DNA of 64,000 nucleotides from Candidatus Buchananbacteria bacterium RIFCSPLOWO2_01_FULL_39_33 (lineage in GTDB: Bacteria; Patescibacteriota; Patescibacteriia; 2-01-FULL-39-33): positions 6,953 through 70,952 of the forward strand of contig MHIM01000004.1 of the NCBI GenBank assembly GCA_001817505.1, in the 5' to 3' direction. The stretch's first letter is position 1. Each line of letters begins with the position of its first letter. Position numbers and translations under genes: made by a program. Under the pieces are notes generated by a model. The model had not been told where the DNA came from. It saw only the letters and a program-made list of their open reading frames with translations, and made no database searches. Of this stretch, positions 30,516 to 40,508 are shown in pieces.

Positions 30516-31697
30516 TTATTTGTTTGTTTTTTTAATTTTTTGTTTTTTTATTTCCTGGTCAACAATTTCCTTGGCTATCATCAACTCTTCATTGGCCGGA
30601 ATGATAACTGATTTAAACTGGCCTAAATGTTTGATTCTTTCCAAAATTATTTTTCTGATAATCGGGCTTCTTTCCCCGATGCCGCCGGTAAAAACAATCA
30701 AATCCAACCCTTTCATTGAGACAGCTAATTGTCCGATATATCGGACAATGTCATAAATAAAAATAGCCAGGGCCAATTGTGATTTTTTTCTTTGTGCTAA
30801 ATTAAACCGTTGGTGGCTCTGATAGCCGCTGACTTTATAACCGCTGGCCGATAATATTTCCCGCATATCCATAGTGCCAGCCACACCCAGTAAACCCGAG
30901 CGATTATTTAACAGATCGCTTATTTCTTGAGTGGACATTTTCAGCTCATCAATCAAAAAAAGCGGTATGGAAGCATCTAAGTCCCCGGCTCTGGTAGACA
31001 TTGTCAGCCCTTCTAAGGGCGTAAAACCCATAGTGGTATCAATAGCTCGGCCATTTAAAGTGGCAGTCAAGCTACAGCCGCTGCCCAAATGGCAAGTGAT
31101 AATTTTGGCTTTATGGATTTTGATATTCGCCTTTTTGGTTCCTTCCAGAGCCGAATATTTATGAGAAAGGCCATGGAAGCCATACCTTCTAATGCCTAAC
31201 TTATAAAATTTCTCCGGCAAAGCGTAACGATGAGCATACTCGGGAATAGTGGCATAATAAGCCGTATCAAAAACCGCCCAGTGTTGAACTAGGGGCAGGA
31301 TTTTTATGGCCTCTTTAGCGCCAAGCAAATTTATCGGATTATGGAGTGGCGCTAATTTATTATAACTTGCCAATTTTTTAATAATTTTATCAGTCAGCTT
31401 GGCTGGCTGGTTGAAAACGCCGCCGCCATGAACCACCCGATGGCCGACTAATTTTACGTCCGGCAAAATATCTTGGAGTTGAACTGACATTTCACCAAAA
31501 GCGGCGTTCTGGTTTTTAATTCCCTTGGGATATTTTTTAATAATTTTACTTTTGGCCGATTTTACGGATAAAAAAGAATCCTTTAAGCCAATACGTTCAA
31601 TCAGGCCGGAAATTTCTTCCTCTAAATTGACCGCCGAAAAAACCTTGAATTTCAAGGTGGCGCTGCCAGCATTAATTACCAATATTTTCTTCATCAC
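30516..31697 (-). CDS. ackA: acetate kinase
   Basis: ILVINAGSATLKF, GHRVVHGG, APLHNP, RRYGFHGLSH, TMGFTPLEG, FTGGIGE, NEELMIA. Confidence 0.96.
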   Translation of the reverse strand: MMKKILVINAGSATLKFKVFSAVNLEEEISGLIERIGLKDSFLSVKSAKSKIIKKYPKGIKNQNAAFGEMSVQLQDILPDVKLVGHRVVHGGGVFNQPAKLTDKIIKKLASYNKLAPLHNPINLLGAKEAIKILPLVQHWAVFDTAYYATIPEYAHRYALPEKFYKLGIRRYGFHGLSHKYSALEGTKKANIKIHKAKIITCHLGSGCSLTATLNGRAIDTTMGFTPLEGLTMSTRAGDLDASIPLFLIDELKMSTQEISDLLNNRSGLLGVAGTMDMREILSASGYKVSGYQSHQRFNLAQRKKSQLALAIFIYDIVRYIGQLAVSMKGLDLIVFTGGIGERSPIIRKIILERIKHLGQFKSVIIPANEELMIAKEIVDQEIKKQKIKKTNK

Positions 31698-31915
31698 TAA
31701 CTCAATTTACTTTGAATTATCAAAACCGCCACTACCGCGATAAAAATTACTCCAATAAATAAATAAAGCATTTTTTTATTATTATTTGTTAATTTTGGTT
31801 TATAGCCCGCAGCCAGCTGTAAAATACCACTTTTTAAGGGAATCAAGCGAGTAAAACGAATAAATTTATTAATTTCTGCCTGGGATTATTAAAATCATCC
31901 CTGTTGCCGCTAGAA

Positions 31916-32494
31916 TTATGCTGATATTATTTCTCCTTGGCTACAGATGCCGGCCGGTAAAGCGGCATTGCCCTCATCGGTGTCAAGATGAACTGATAAA
32001 TCAAAATTTTTTTTCACCCGAACTACAACATTATGAAAAGTCACGCTTCTGGCGCCTAGGGTCTTAACAGCTAAACTCTGACCATCTTGCAAACCCAGTT
32101 TATTGGCTTGAGCGGGGTTGCAATGCAAATGTCTTTGGGCAATGATGATACCCTCTTTGATGTTAACTTTCCCTTTGGATCCGATTAGCATCGCTCCGGG
32201 TGTTTTTTCAATATCACCGGACAATCTAATCGGCGGATTTATTTTTAATTTTCTGGCCTCGGTCAGAGTTATTTCCACCTGGGTCTTGGGTCTGATCGGT
32301 CCTACCACCCGGACATTAGTCAATTGTCCGCCTTTGGTTTTAACCGTAATGGTCTCTTGAGAAGCAAATTCGCCAAGTTGAGACAATGGCTTAATAACTT
32401 TTAATTTATAATTTTTACCTAAAAGTTTTTGGGCATCTTGATCCGATAAATGGCAGTGGCGGGCTGAAATTTCTATTTTTATTTTATTTTTCAT
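31916..32494 (-). CDS. pduL: phosphate propanoyltransferase PduL
   Basis: SARHCHLS, LSQLGEFA, VRVVGP.R..TQVE, RHLH, HLDTDEGNAA; probable start MKNKIK. Confidence 0.93.
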   Translation of the reverse strand: MKNKIKIEISARHCHLSDQDAQKLLGKNYKLKVIKPLSQLGEFASQETITVKTKGGQLTNVRVVGPIRPKTQVEITLTEARKLKINPPIRLSGDIEKTPGAMLIGSKGKVNIKEGIIIAQRHLHCNPAQANKLGLQDGQSLAVKTLGARSVTFHNVVVRVKKNFDLSVHLDTDEGNAALPAGICSQGEIISA

Positions 32495-32593
32495 GACGTT
32501 TAGATGATTTATAATCATCTATTATATAATAACACATTCCAGGCAAATAAAAAATCCTGCAAAGCAATTTTGCTTTACAGGATACGTGCTGTA

Positions 32594-33499
32594 CTATGGG
32601 GTGGGTGGCTTTGTGGTCTGCTCCTCGTACTCAAATGAGATATCCACATAGACATCGCCCATCCATGAGGGATAGACATAAGGCACATACATAATGCCAT
32701 AAACCGCATCGAATAGATCAAAATCCAGTTGGGTGGCGTACGATTTACCATTTATATCTTGGATGGCCAAGACCGCCTGATTAAGCAAACTGTCAAAATC
32801 TAGCGGCAACCAAGCGGTGAAAATCATCGTCACCGGATCCTGGCCACCTGGGTTCTGCGGAGAGAACCAGGCGTAATAAGTTGATCCGTCGTTAGTCGTA
32901 ATAACTGCCTGGCCGTATTCGTCATATTCACCGGGCAATTCTCCCACGAAAAACCGATAGCGATAGCTCTCGGTCATGATGAAGACGACCTCGATTAGAT
33001 TTTCTCCGCCATTGACTTCAAACTTCAAATTGTCAGAGAAAAGGACATTGCCGTAAGCGTCTATGGCCTCCACCCAGATATCGTAAGTGCCGGGACGGAT
33101 CATGATTTCGGCATAGTAGCTGCCGTTTTCCACCGGCACGAAGAATGATTGGCTCTGGTTGAGCTGATCATCCCCTTGCAGGTAGAAAAAGAAATTCAGG
33201 GACGTGATCTGCCTTTTCAGTAGATCGCCGTAGTCCCCAATAGATGCCTTCGCCGCAGGGTCATACAACTGTCCGCTGACAATGACCTTACCCAATTCCA
33301 GTTCGATTACTCCGCCGCCGTTATCTGTCGATAACGTACCCGAAACCGGACAACCCGTGAAAGTGCACAGAAGCAGAAACGCAACCAAAACGCAAGCCGC
33401 GAAAGAGATGGTACTACTAAAAGTCCATTCTGTCTTCCTGATTTCGCTCATCTTATTCATGTTCATTCCTCCTTTTCCGTTGTTTTCTCTCAACCTCAC
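32594..33499 (-). CDS. putative exported lipoprotein, higher GC than flanks
   Basis: hydrophobic segment ending FTGC; acidic beta-rich body; true start probably a downstream Met after AAGGAGG. Confidence 0.6.
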   Translation of the reverse strand: MRLRENNGKGGMNMNKMSEIRKTEWTFSSTISFAACVLVAFLLLCTFTGCPVSGTLSTDNGGGVIELELGKVIVSGQLYDPAAKASIGDYGDLLKRQITSLNFFFYLQGDDQLNQSQSFFVPVENGSYYAEIMIRPGTYDIWVEAIDAYGNVLFSDNLKFEVNGGENLIEVVFIMTESYRYRFFVGELPGEYDEYGQAVITTNDGSTYYAWFSPQNPGGQDPVTMIFTAWLPLDFDSLLNQAVLAIQDINGKSYATQLDFDLFDAVYGIMYVPYVYPSWMGDVYVDISFEYEEQTTKPPTP

Positions 33500-33632
33500 T
33501 AAGGTTAGCCGGCTTCACATTAACCAATGATTTTGTAACGTACAAAACATAATTATATCATACTTTAAAAATTTTGTCAATAGTTACGTTAATTAGATGA
33601 TATATTTAGCTAAAATTAAATAAAATATAAAA

Positions 33633-33660
33633 ATAGAGACGCATTGCAATGCGTCTCTAT
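33633..33660. repeat. REP-like perfect palindrome
   Basis: atagagacgcattgcaatgcgtctctat, related to 22226-22255. Confidence 0.7.
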
Positions 33661-33709
33661 AATTAATAAATTCACTAATTTCCTATTTCTAATTTTTTGT
33701 TTTCTTGTT

Positions 33710-36361
33710 TTATTGTTTTCTTTCTCTAATCACCGCTTGAGCAGCTGCTAATCGAGCAATTGGCACTCTAAAAGGCGAACAGGAAACATAATCAAAACCC
33801 TGTCCATGGCAAAATTCCACACTGCTGGGTTCGCCGCCGTGCTCGCCGCAAATGCCGATTTTCAGATCGCTTCTGACTTTCCTGCCTTTCTCCACGGCGA
33901 TTCTGATTAATTCGCCCACGCCTTCTTGGTCTAAGACCTCAAAAGGATCCCGATCATAAATGCCTTTGGCTACGTATTCTTTTAAGAATTTGCCGGCATC
34001 ATCACGGCTGAAACCGCAGCCCATTTGCGTCAAATCATTGGTGCCGAAAGAAAAAAATTCTGCTTCTTCGGCAATCTGATCAGCGGTTACAGCGGCTCTG
34101 GGCACTTCAATCATCGTGCCAATCTTATAAGGCAAATCAAGGCCTGAACTTTTAATAATGGCCTTAGCGATCTCCACCGTCCTTTGCTTTAAAATTGAAA
34201 ATTCTTTACTGTTGCCGACTAAAGGAATCATTATTTCCGGCGCAACTTGGCTTGATCGGCCACAAGTTGGACACTCTTTGGCAACCTCAATAGCCGCTTC
34301 AATTATGGCTCGGACCTGCATATCGTAAATTTCCGGATAAGTAATGGCCAGCCGGCAACCCCGGTGGCCAAGCATCGGATTAAATTCATGCAAATCGGAA
34401 ATCTTGGCTTTCAACGTGCCGGCATCAACTTCCATTTCCCTGGCTAAATCATAAATATCTTTTTCAGTGATTGGCAAAAATTCATGCAACGGCGGATCCA
34501 GCAATCTAATAGTTACCGGATAACCTTCCATAGTTTTAAATAAGCCGATAAAATCCTGTTTTTGGTAAGGCAATAATTTAGCCAGAGCTTTTTGGCGTCC
34601 CTCAACATCCGAAGCTAAAATCATTTCCCTAACTGCTTTTATTCTATCACCTTCAAAAAACATATGCTCTGTTCGACATAAGCCGATGCCTTCAGCGCCG
34701 AATTTTCTGGCTACTTTAGCATCCTGGGGGGTATCGGCATTAGTTCTGATTTTTAATTCTCTTATTTCATCAGACCAGTTCATAATAGTCCCGAAATCGC
34801 CGCTTAACTCCGGCTCTTGGGTATTTAATTTGCCTAAATAAACTTGGCCATCGCCGCCATCAAGAGTTATAAAATCACCTTCTTTGACCACCAATCCACT
34901 CTCTTTAAGAGTGAACTTCCTGCCTTTTTCATCAATCTGTATATCAGCGCAGCCAGCGATACAGCAAGTACCCAGGCCTCTAGCGACAACAGCAGCGTGT
35001 GAAGTCATACCGCCTCTGGCGGTTAAGATACCCTTAGCGCTATGCATGCCGTCAATGTCTTCAGGCGAAGTTTCAACTCTAACCAACACGACATCTAAAC
35101 CTTGTTGAGTTTTTTTATAGGCCTCGGCGGCGGTAAAAACAACTTGACCAACAGCGGCTCCCGGCGAAGCCGGTAAGCCGGTGGCTATCACTTCAGCTTT
35201 GGCTTTAGCTATTAGATCCAGTTGCTTGTGCAATAATTGATCCAATTGTTCCGGCTGAACTTTCATTAAGGCCTCGGCTTTAGTTAAAACGCCTTCTTTG
35301 ACCAAATCAACGGCAATTTTCACAGTCGCCGCCGCTGTTCTTTTGCCATTTCTGGCCTGTAAAATAAAAAGCTTACCTCCTTGAATGGTGAATTCCATAT
35401 CCTGCATATCTTGATAATGTTTTTCCACCTGATCGCAAATAGCCACCAATTCATCATAAATAGCTTTATTTTGCTCGGCTAAAGCGGAAATCGGTTGGGG
35501 AGTTCTAATGCCGGCTACCACATCTTCGCCTTGGGCATTCATCAGATATTCGCCATAAAATTTATTTTCACCGGTTGAGGGATTTCTGGTAAAGCAAACA
35601 CCAGTGCCGGAATTTTCATTTAAGTTGCCAAAAACCATGGCTTGGATATTAACCGCCGTGCCGACTAAGCCCTTGATATTATTAATTTCTCTATATCTAA
35701 TAGCCCGATAATTGTTCCAAGAATTAAAAACCGCATCAATAGATAATTGCAGTTGTTCCATTGGGTCTTGGGGAAAATCCCGACCCTTTAATTCAATGAT
35801 TTTAGCTCGGTATCTTTTAACTATGGCCTCCAGATGTCCAGCTGTTAAATCAGTGTCAGACTGGACGCCAACAGTATCTTTGACCTTTTCTAAAATTTCC
35901 TCAAATTCACTGCCCTTAATTTCCATCACCACCTCGCCAAACATTTGGATGAATCTCCGATATGAGTCCCAAGCAAACCTGGGATTATTTGATTTTTGAG
36001 CTAAGCCCTCAACTGATTGGTCATTAAGGCCTAAATTGAGAATAGTATCCATCATCCCCGGCATAGAAGCGGCCGCACCGGAACGAACCGAAACTAACAG
36101 CGGATCATTGGCCTCACCCAACTTTTTACCCATTTTATTTTCCAATTCCCGAAGCTGGTGACTGATTTGTTCTTTGACCTCACTAGGATAATTTTTGTTA
36201 TTCTGGTGATAAATATCACAAACTTCAGTAGTAACAGTAAAGCCCGGCGGCACTCTAATACCCAAGCCGCTCATTTCCGCCAAGTTAGCGCCTTTGCCGC
36301 CTAGAATGGCTTTCATTTCCCTATTCCCCTCCTCAAAAGAATAAACGTACTTCTTCTCCAT
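33710..36361 (-). CDS. ppdK: pyruvate, phosphate dikinase
   Basis: LGGKGANLAEM, SVRSGA..SMPGMMDT, GGMTSHAAVVARG, GLCRTEHMF, GTNDLTQ, CGEHGG. Confidence 0.98.
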   Translation of the reverse strand: MEKKYVYSFEEGNREMKAILGGKGANLAEMSGLGIRVPPGFTVTTEVCDIYHQNNKNYPSEVKEQISHQLRELENKMGKKLGEANDPLLVSVRSGAAASMPGMMDTILNLGLNDQSVEGLAQKSNNPRFAWDSYRRFIQMFGEVVMEIKGSEFEEILEKVKDTVGVQSDTDLTAGHLEAIVKRYRAKIIELKGRDFPQDPMEQLQLSIDAVFNSWNNYRAIRYREINNIKGLVGTAVNIQAMVFGNLNENSGTGVCFTRNPSTGENKFYGEYLMNAQGEDVVAGIRTPQPISALAEQNKAIYDELVAICDQVEKHYQDMQDMEFTIQGGKLFILQARNGKRTAAATVKIAVDLVKEGVLTKAEALMKVQPEQLDQLLHKQLDLIAKAKAEVIATGLPASPGAAVGQVVFTAAEAYKKTQQGLDVVLVRVETSPEDIDGMHSAKGILTARGGMTSHAAVVARGLGTCCIAGCADIQIDEKGRKFTLKESGLVVKEGDFITLDGGDGQVYLGKLNTQEPELSGDFGTIMNWSDEIRELKIRTNADTPQDAKVARKFGAEGIGLCRTEHMFFEGDRIKAVREMILASDVEGRQKALAKLLPYQKQDFIGLFKTMEGYPVTIRLLDPPLHEFLPITEKDIYDLAREMEVDAGTLKAKISDLHEFNPMLGHRGCRLAITYPEIYDMQVRAIIEAAIEVAKECPTCGRSSQVAPEIMIPLVGNSKEFSILKQRTVEIAKAIIKSSGLDLPYKIGTMIEVPRAAVTADQIAEEAEFFSFGTNDLTQMGCGFSRDDAGKFLKEYVAKGIYDRDPFEVLDQEGVGELIRIAVEKGRKVRSDLKIGICGEHGGEPSSVEFCHGQGFDYVSCSPFRVPIARLAAAQAVIRERKQ

Positions 36362-36369
36362 GATTTAAA

Positions 36370-36402
36370 AAATTAGAAATTAGAAATTAGAAATTAGAAA
36401 TT
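36370..36402. repeat. tandem heptamer (AAATTAG)x4.7
   Basis: aaattagaaattagaaattagaaattagaaatt just upstream of the ppdK start. Confidence 0.85.
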
Positions 36403-36513
36403 TTGGTAAAAATCTATAATTTACAATTTTCAACTTCAATTTACTTATTTTTTAGAAAAAAAATTATAGACCTGACTTGGTCTATCACCTGCCTGAACTT
36501 TAAGCAATTAACC

Positions 36514-37476
36514 TTATCTTTGGGCCAGCCGCCTTTTATCCAACAAGCCATTTTGGGCTCCAACTTTGCCAATGACGGAAGCAGAGTTTTTTATACCCCA
36601 GCTTAAAGCTGTCTTGATATTTTTACCATAAATCAAAGCGCCTGTAAAGGCCGAAGAAAAAGCATCGCCAACACCGACCGTATCCACGCTTTTCACCTTC
36701 AACGCTTTCATAAAATAATATTTATGGCCATCATAAACATAAGCGCCAGCGCTGCCATCGGTAATTACCACTATCTCTGGGCCTAAGCCCCGGATGTATT
36801 TGATCAATCCCTTAATATCCTTTAATTTTTTGAATTCTAAGGCCTCATCTTTATTCAAAAGAAACAACTTTACCTTGGGCAAATATTTTCCCATTTTGGC
36901 TAGCTGCTGCAGTTGCGCATTGCCGGGATTCCAGGCAATTTTAGATTTCGTCTTAATAACCGAAGCCATTATCCCTGCCCAGTTAATTTTAGGCAATGAG
37001 GAAATATAAAGCCAGTCGCTTGCTATCTTGTCTAACTGCAAATCTTTATTTGAGAGGGTATCACTCGCTCCCCGGTGAGCAAAAACTATATGTTCGTTTT
37101 CCGCGCCCTTAACCGTTAAAATCATGGAAAAAGCGGTTAAATTGTGCTTATCATATTTTATCAAGCTGGAATCAACTCGGTGTTTTTTCAAATTCTCCAC
37201 CGCTTTCCTGCCCTCTTCATCCCAACCAACTTGGCAGATTATGCCAGTTTTCAAACCCAAACGGGCAAAAGCCACAGCCGTATTAGCTGCTCCGCCGCCA
37301 TAGGTAGGATAAAGTTTATCAGCTATTATTTTGGCGCCATATTCAAAGGCCAATAATTTCTGCTTGGTTAAATTGTTGGTGGAAATCAATTCACCTTCAC
37401 CGGAGTAGAACATAAAATCACTGGTGGCGCCGCCAATGGAAACAACATCAAATTTTTTAATATTTCTTTTCAACAT
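36514..37476 (-). CDS. PfkB family carbohydrate kinase
   Basis: GGGAANTAVAFARLG, NPG, DTVGVGDAF. Confidence 0.92.
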   Translation of the reverse strand: MLKRNIKKFDVVSIGGATSDFMFYSGEGELISTNNLTKQKLLAFEYGAKIIADKLYPTYGGGAANTAVAFARLGLKTGIICQVGWDEEGRKAVENLKKHRVDSSLIKYDKHNLTAFSMILTVKGAENEHIVFAHRGASDTLSNKDLQLDKIASDWLYISSLPKINWAGIMASVIKTKSKIAWNPGNAQLQQLAKMGKYLPKVKLFLLNKDEALEFKKLKDIKGLIKYIRGLGPEIVVITDGSAGAYVYDGHKYYFMKALKVKSVDTVGVGDAFSSAFTGALIYGKNIKTALSWGIKNSASVIGKVGAQNGLLDKRRLAQR

Positions 37477-37571
37477 GCCTTAAATTATAGCAAATAAACG
37501 ATTAATTTGACAAATAATCATTAAAAAATATAAGATTAATATCAATACTTTTATTAAGAAGGAGAAAAAAG

Positions 37572-38183
37572 ATGAGATTTTTGACTTTGATTTTTGGCAC
37601 GGTTGGCTCGGGCAAGACCGCTGAACTTTTACGGCTGGTCAGCAAGCTGGAAGAACATAATAGCCGCTGCCGGCTGATTGAAAAACGAAAATTTACCGTT
37701 TTCAAACCCGTAATAGAAACCAGAAGCGATCAAATAACTATTATTTCTCGAAGCGGGCAAGCTTTTGATAAGGTGGTAGCCGTTAGCGATATTAATGATT
37801 TGGTCAGGGAGTTGGACAGGCATAATCCCGATATCATTGTTATTGAAGAATGCCAATTTTTTGAAATCGGCGCTGGCAACGAGCCGCAGGCCTTCATTCT
37901 GTTAATCAGGAAACTATTAGAGAGCAAAAAACAAGTTATTCTCTGCGGCTTAATTCAAAATTGTTACGGTGGTCAATTTGAAATTTCAAGTTCTCTCTGC
38001 CCGGAGGCAGATGAAATCATCAATCCGCACACCACCTGCCATTGCGGCCAAGTAGCTTCTCGCAGCCAAAGATTGCAAATTGGCTATTCTACGCCCATAA
38101 CTGACCCGGTATTTATAGTTGACGACGATTCCAGCCATAACTTGGGTTACAGTTACGAGCCCAGGTGCAATAACTGCTGGTAA
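37572..38183 (+). CDS. tdk: thymidine kinase, divergent
   Basis: GTVGSGKT P-loop, FKP..ETR, IEECQF, C-x-C and YEPRC..CW zinc site. Confidence 0.8.
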   Translation: MRFLTLIFGTVGSGKTAELLRLVSKLEEHNSRCRLIEKRKFTVFKPVIETRSDQITIISRSGQAFDKVVAVSDINDLVRELDRHNPDIIVIEECQFFEIGAGNEPQAFILLIRKLLESKKQVILCGLIQNCYGGQFEISSSLCPEADEIINPHTTCHCGQVASRSQRLQIGYSTPITDPVFIVDDDSSHNLGYSYEPRCNNCW

Positions 38184-38326
38184 TTGCCTAAAAAGCCCCA
38201 TCCGAATTTAGCGACTTTTAGAAAAATCATAGCTGAAAAATCGGCATTGGAAATTGAATTAGAAAGAATCAGCCGCCTTAAACCATAAGACAGCTTTTTT
38301 ATTTTTTACTTGACAAAGCCAACAAC

Positions 38327-39466
38327 CTATTCTTTTAATTTTACTCCGCCTCTTTTCTTAATTCCTTTGAGCGGAATGGAAACATAAAATGTCGTGCCGC
38401 CATTTTCAATTGACTCAAACCAAACCTGGCCATTTAATTTTTCCACCGCCAGTTGGACAATATAAAGACCCAAACCAGTGCCTTCAGTTAATTTTTCTTT
38501 GGCATTTTTAGCTCTAAACAATCTGCTAAATATTTGAGCTTGCTGGTCTTTGGGTATGCCAATGCCAGTATCAGCAATTTTAATTAAAAGCTTATTTTTA
38601 AGTTTATTGATACTAATAAAAACCTGGCCATTTTTAGGCGTGTACTTGACAGCGTTAGAAAGAAGGTTTTGGCCAATAATCCTGGCTAACTTAGAATCAA
38701 GAATAATGTTGGGAATTGATTTATCATACTTTTCTTCAATTCTTATTTTTTTATTCTTAATCAGAGGGAATAGTTCTGATAAAACGCTTTCAATAACCTC
38801 TTTAAAATTAACCACTTCTGGTTTGATGGTAATTGTCCCTAAATCTATCCTGGAAATATTCAAAAGATCATTTACTAATTCAATCATTCTTTGAGTGCCA
38901 TGATAAATTTCTTCAACGTATCGGTTTTGCTCTTTGGTTAATTTGCCGGTGTCACCAGTCAGCATCATCTCCGAATACCAATTAATAGTTGACAACGGCG
39001 TTCTAAGTTGATGGGAAGCCAAAGAGACAAATTCTGTCTTGGTCTGTTCAATTTCCTTATCCTGGGTGGTATCGCGAAAAATAATAAAACTGCCAATTAT
39101 TTTATCGTCTTTATCTTTAAAAGGTGTGACACTGATAGCCACCGAGACCGTCTTGCCATTGGATTTTAAAATAATGCTATTTTTATTAAAATCTCTTACA
39201 CTCTTGCCAGATTTAACTAATTTTTCAATTAAATCATTTAAATCTTTTCCAGTTTTTCCATCTACAAATCTTATGAAATTTTGTTTTTTATTAATAATAT
39301 GGCTTAGAGGCAATTCAATTAATTTCAAAGCCGTATTATTGGCATACAAAATAACGCCATCAATATTTAGAATAATAACAGCGTTAGGTGAATTATCAAC
39401 TACTGTTTTAAAAACTGATAAACCAATAACTTGGCTAGCTAAACTTCTCTTATTAAATAAAAACAT
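38327..39466 (-). CDS. PAS-domain sensor histidine kinase
   Basis: ASHQLRTPL H-box, NLLSNAVKY, DTGIGIP, GTGLGL. Confidence 0.93.
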   Translation of the reverse strand: MFLFNKRSLASQVIGLSVFKTVVDNSPNAVIILNIDGVILYANNTALKLIELPLSHIINKKQNFIRFVDGKTGKDLNDLIEKLVKSGKSVRDFNKNSIILKSNGKTVSVAISVTPFKDKDDKIIGSFIIFRDTTQDKEIEQTKTEFVSLASHQLRTPLSTINWYSEMMLTGDTGKLTKEQNRYVEEIYHGTQRMIELVNDLLNISRIDLGTITIKPEVVNFKEVIESVLSELFPLIKNKKIRIEEKYDKSIPNIILDSKLARIIGQNLLSNAVKYTPKNGQVFISINKLKNKLLIKIADTGIGIPKDQQAQIFSRLFRAKNAKEKLTEGTGLGLYIVQLAVEKLNGQVWFESIENGGTTFYVSIPLKGIKKRGGVKLKE

Positions 39467-39510
39467 TACAAAATTAACTTAGGATATTAAAATTGGAAAA
39501 AATTAACTTT

Positions 39511-40047
39511 TTACCTGGTAATATTGATAGTGGCTCCACTTTCAGCATTGGGGGCAGTTATTGTCACCCGGCCGGTAGTGGCATCTTTCGAAATGGTATA
39601 ACCAGTGGTATCTCCGGCAGTAGCAGTCAAGCTGGGATCAACTGGCATAGAAACAATATAAGTGGGCACTAAATCGCCACTTAATTCAACCAAACCAGTG
39701 CAAGTTCCAGTATCTAAACAAATTGCCGTATCAGTCGTAGTTATAGCCGCTGGCAAGTAACCATTATTATCCAAAGAATACTGATAAACGGCATTTAAAA
39801 TAGTATTAACATCAACTTTTCTTTGAGCGTTTCTGGTATCGCCTAATTGTTTGCCGGGATTAATGGCAATAATGACAATACCGGCTAAAATGCCAATCGC
39901 CGCCACTACTAATAGAATTTCTAGCAGGGTGAATCCAGCACCACTTTTCTTCTTGGATAAGAAAGATACATTAAATTTATCACTTACATCACCGCTATCA
40001 AAGTGGTGCTGGGTGAAACCCCTTTGCTTTTGGAATAATTTTTTCAT
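39511..40047 (-). CDS. type IV pilin with a 28-codon insertion in its leader
   Basis: RGFT-QHHF...KSGA-GFTLLEILLVVAAIGILAGIVIIAINP class III signal. Confidence 0.9.
   Translation of the reverse strand: MKKLFQKQRGFTQHHFDSGDVSDKFNVSFLSKKKSGAGFTLLEILLVVAAIGILAGIVIIAINPGKQLGDTRNAQRKVDVNTILNAVYQYSLDNNGYLPAAITTTDTAICLDTGTCTGLVELSGDLVPTYIVSMPVDPSLTATAGDTTGYTISKDATTGRVTITAPNAESGATINITR
39927..40020. mobile_element. non-autonomous pilin-targeting inverted-repeat element
   Basis: TIRs ccagcaccacttt (39935-39947) and aaagtggtgctgg (40000-40012), flanked by duplicated GGWTTCACCC (GFT codons). Confidence 0.8.
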
Positions 40048-40088
40048 GTTTTTTAATTATTAATAATTATTAATATTATACCACTATA

Positions 40089-40508
40089 TTAAAAATCAGC
40101 CAATTCTTGCCAAGACAAAATATTAATTTGCGGATTAATCTGGTCAATATTTAATTTTACTTTTCTAACCGCCTTCCCAGCCTGGCCAGAGGCAATAATC
40201 AGCCGGCTTTCACTACCGGTATTAGCGACCGTAAAAGAGCAGCTGCCTTGAGTTAAAGATAAATTGCCAGAACCAGAAAAATTGATATCATTTCTTACTT
40301 CCTGAAGAGCCTGTTCAGCGCAAGCATTGGCTAAAGATTTGGCTTGAGCTGACTTTTCCAAAGACAGACTGGACTGGCTAGCGCCTAAACCTAATAAAAC
40401 CAAAGAAACTGTTATAGCCAAACCGACGGCACCGACTACTAAAACGCTAAGCAGGGTAACATAACCTTCGGTTTTGATTAATTTTTTATCTAAGCGAAGC
40501 CGAACCAT
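40089..40508 (-). CDS. minor pilin, PilX-like
   Basis: EG|YVTLLSVLVVGAVGLAI, A...A.ACAE.AL, C-terminal SWQE. Confidence 0.75.
   Translation of the reverse strand: MVRLRLDKKLIKTEGYVTLLSVLVVGAVGLAITVSLVLLGLGASQSSLSLEKSAQAKSLANACAEQALQEVRNDINFSGSGNLSLTQGSCSFTVANTGSESRLIIASGQAGKAVRKVKLNIDQINPQINILSWQELADF

Noticed and set aside
30516-32494. pduL next to ackA as a microcompartment locus
   Set aside because: No shell genes; PduL substituting for Pta in acetate production is an ordinary explanation.
36370-36402. Tandem repeats as a CRISPR array
   Set aside because: Simple heptamer with no spacers; no repeat-spacer array or cas gene seen anywhere in the window.
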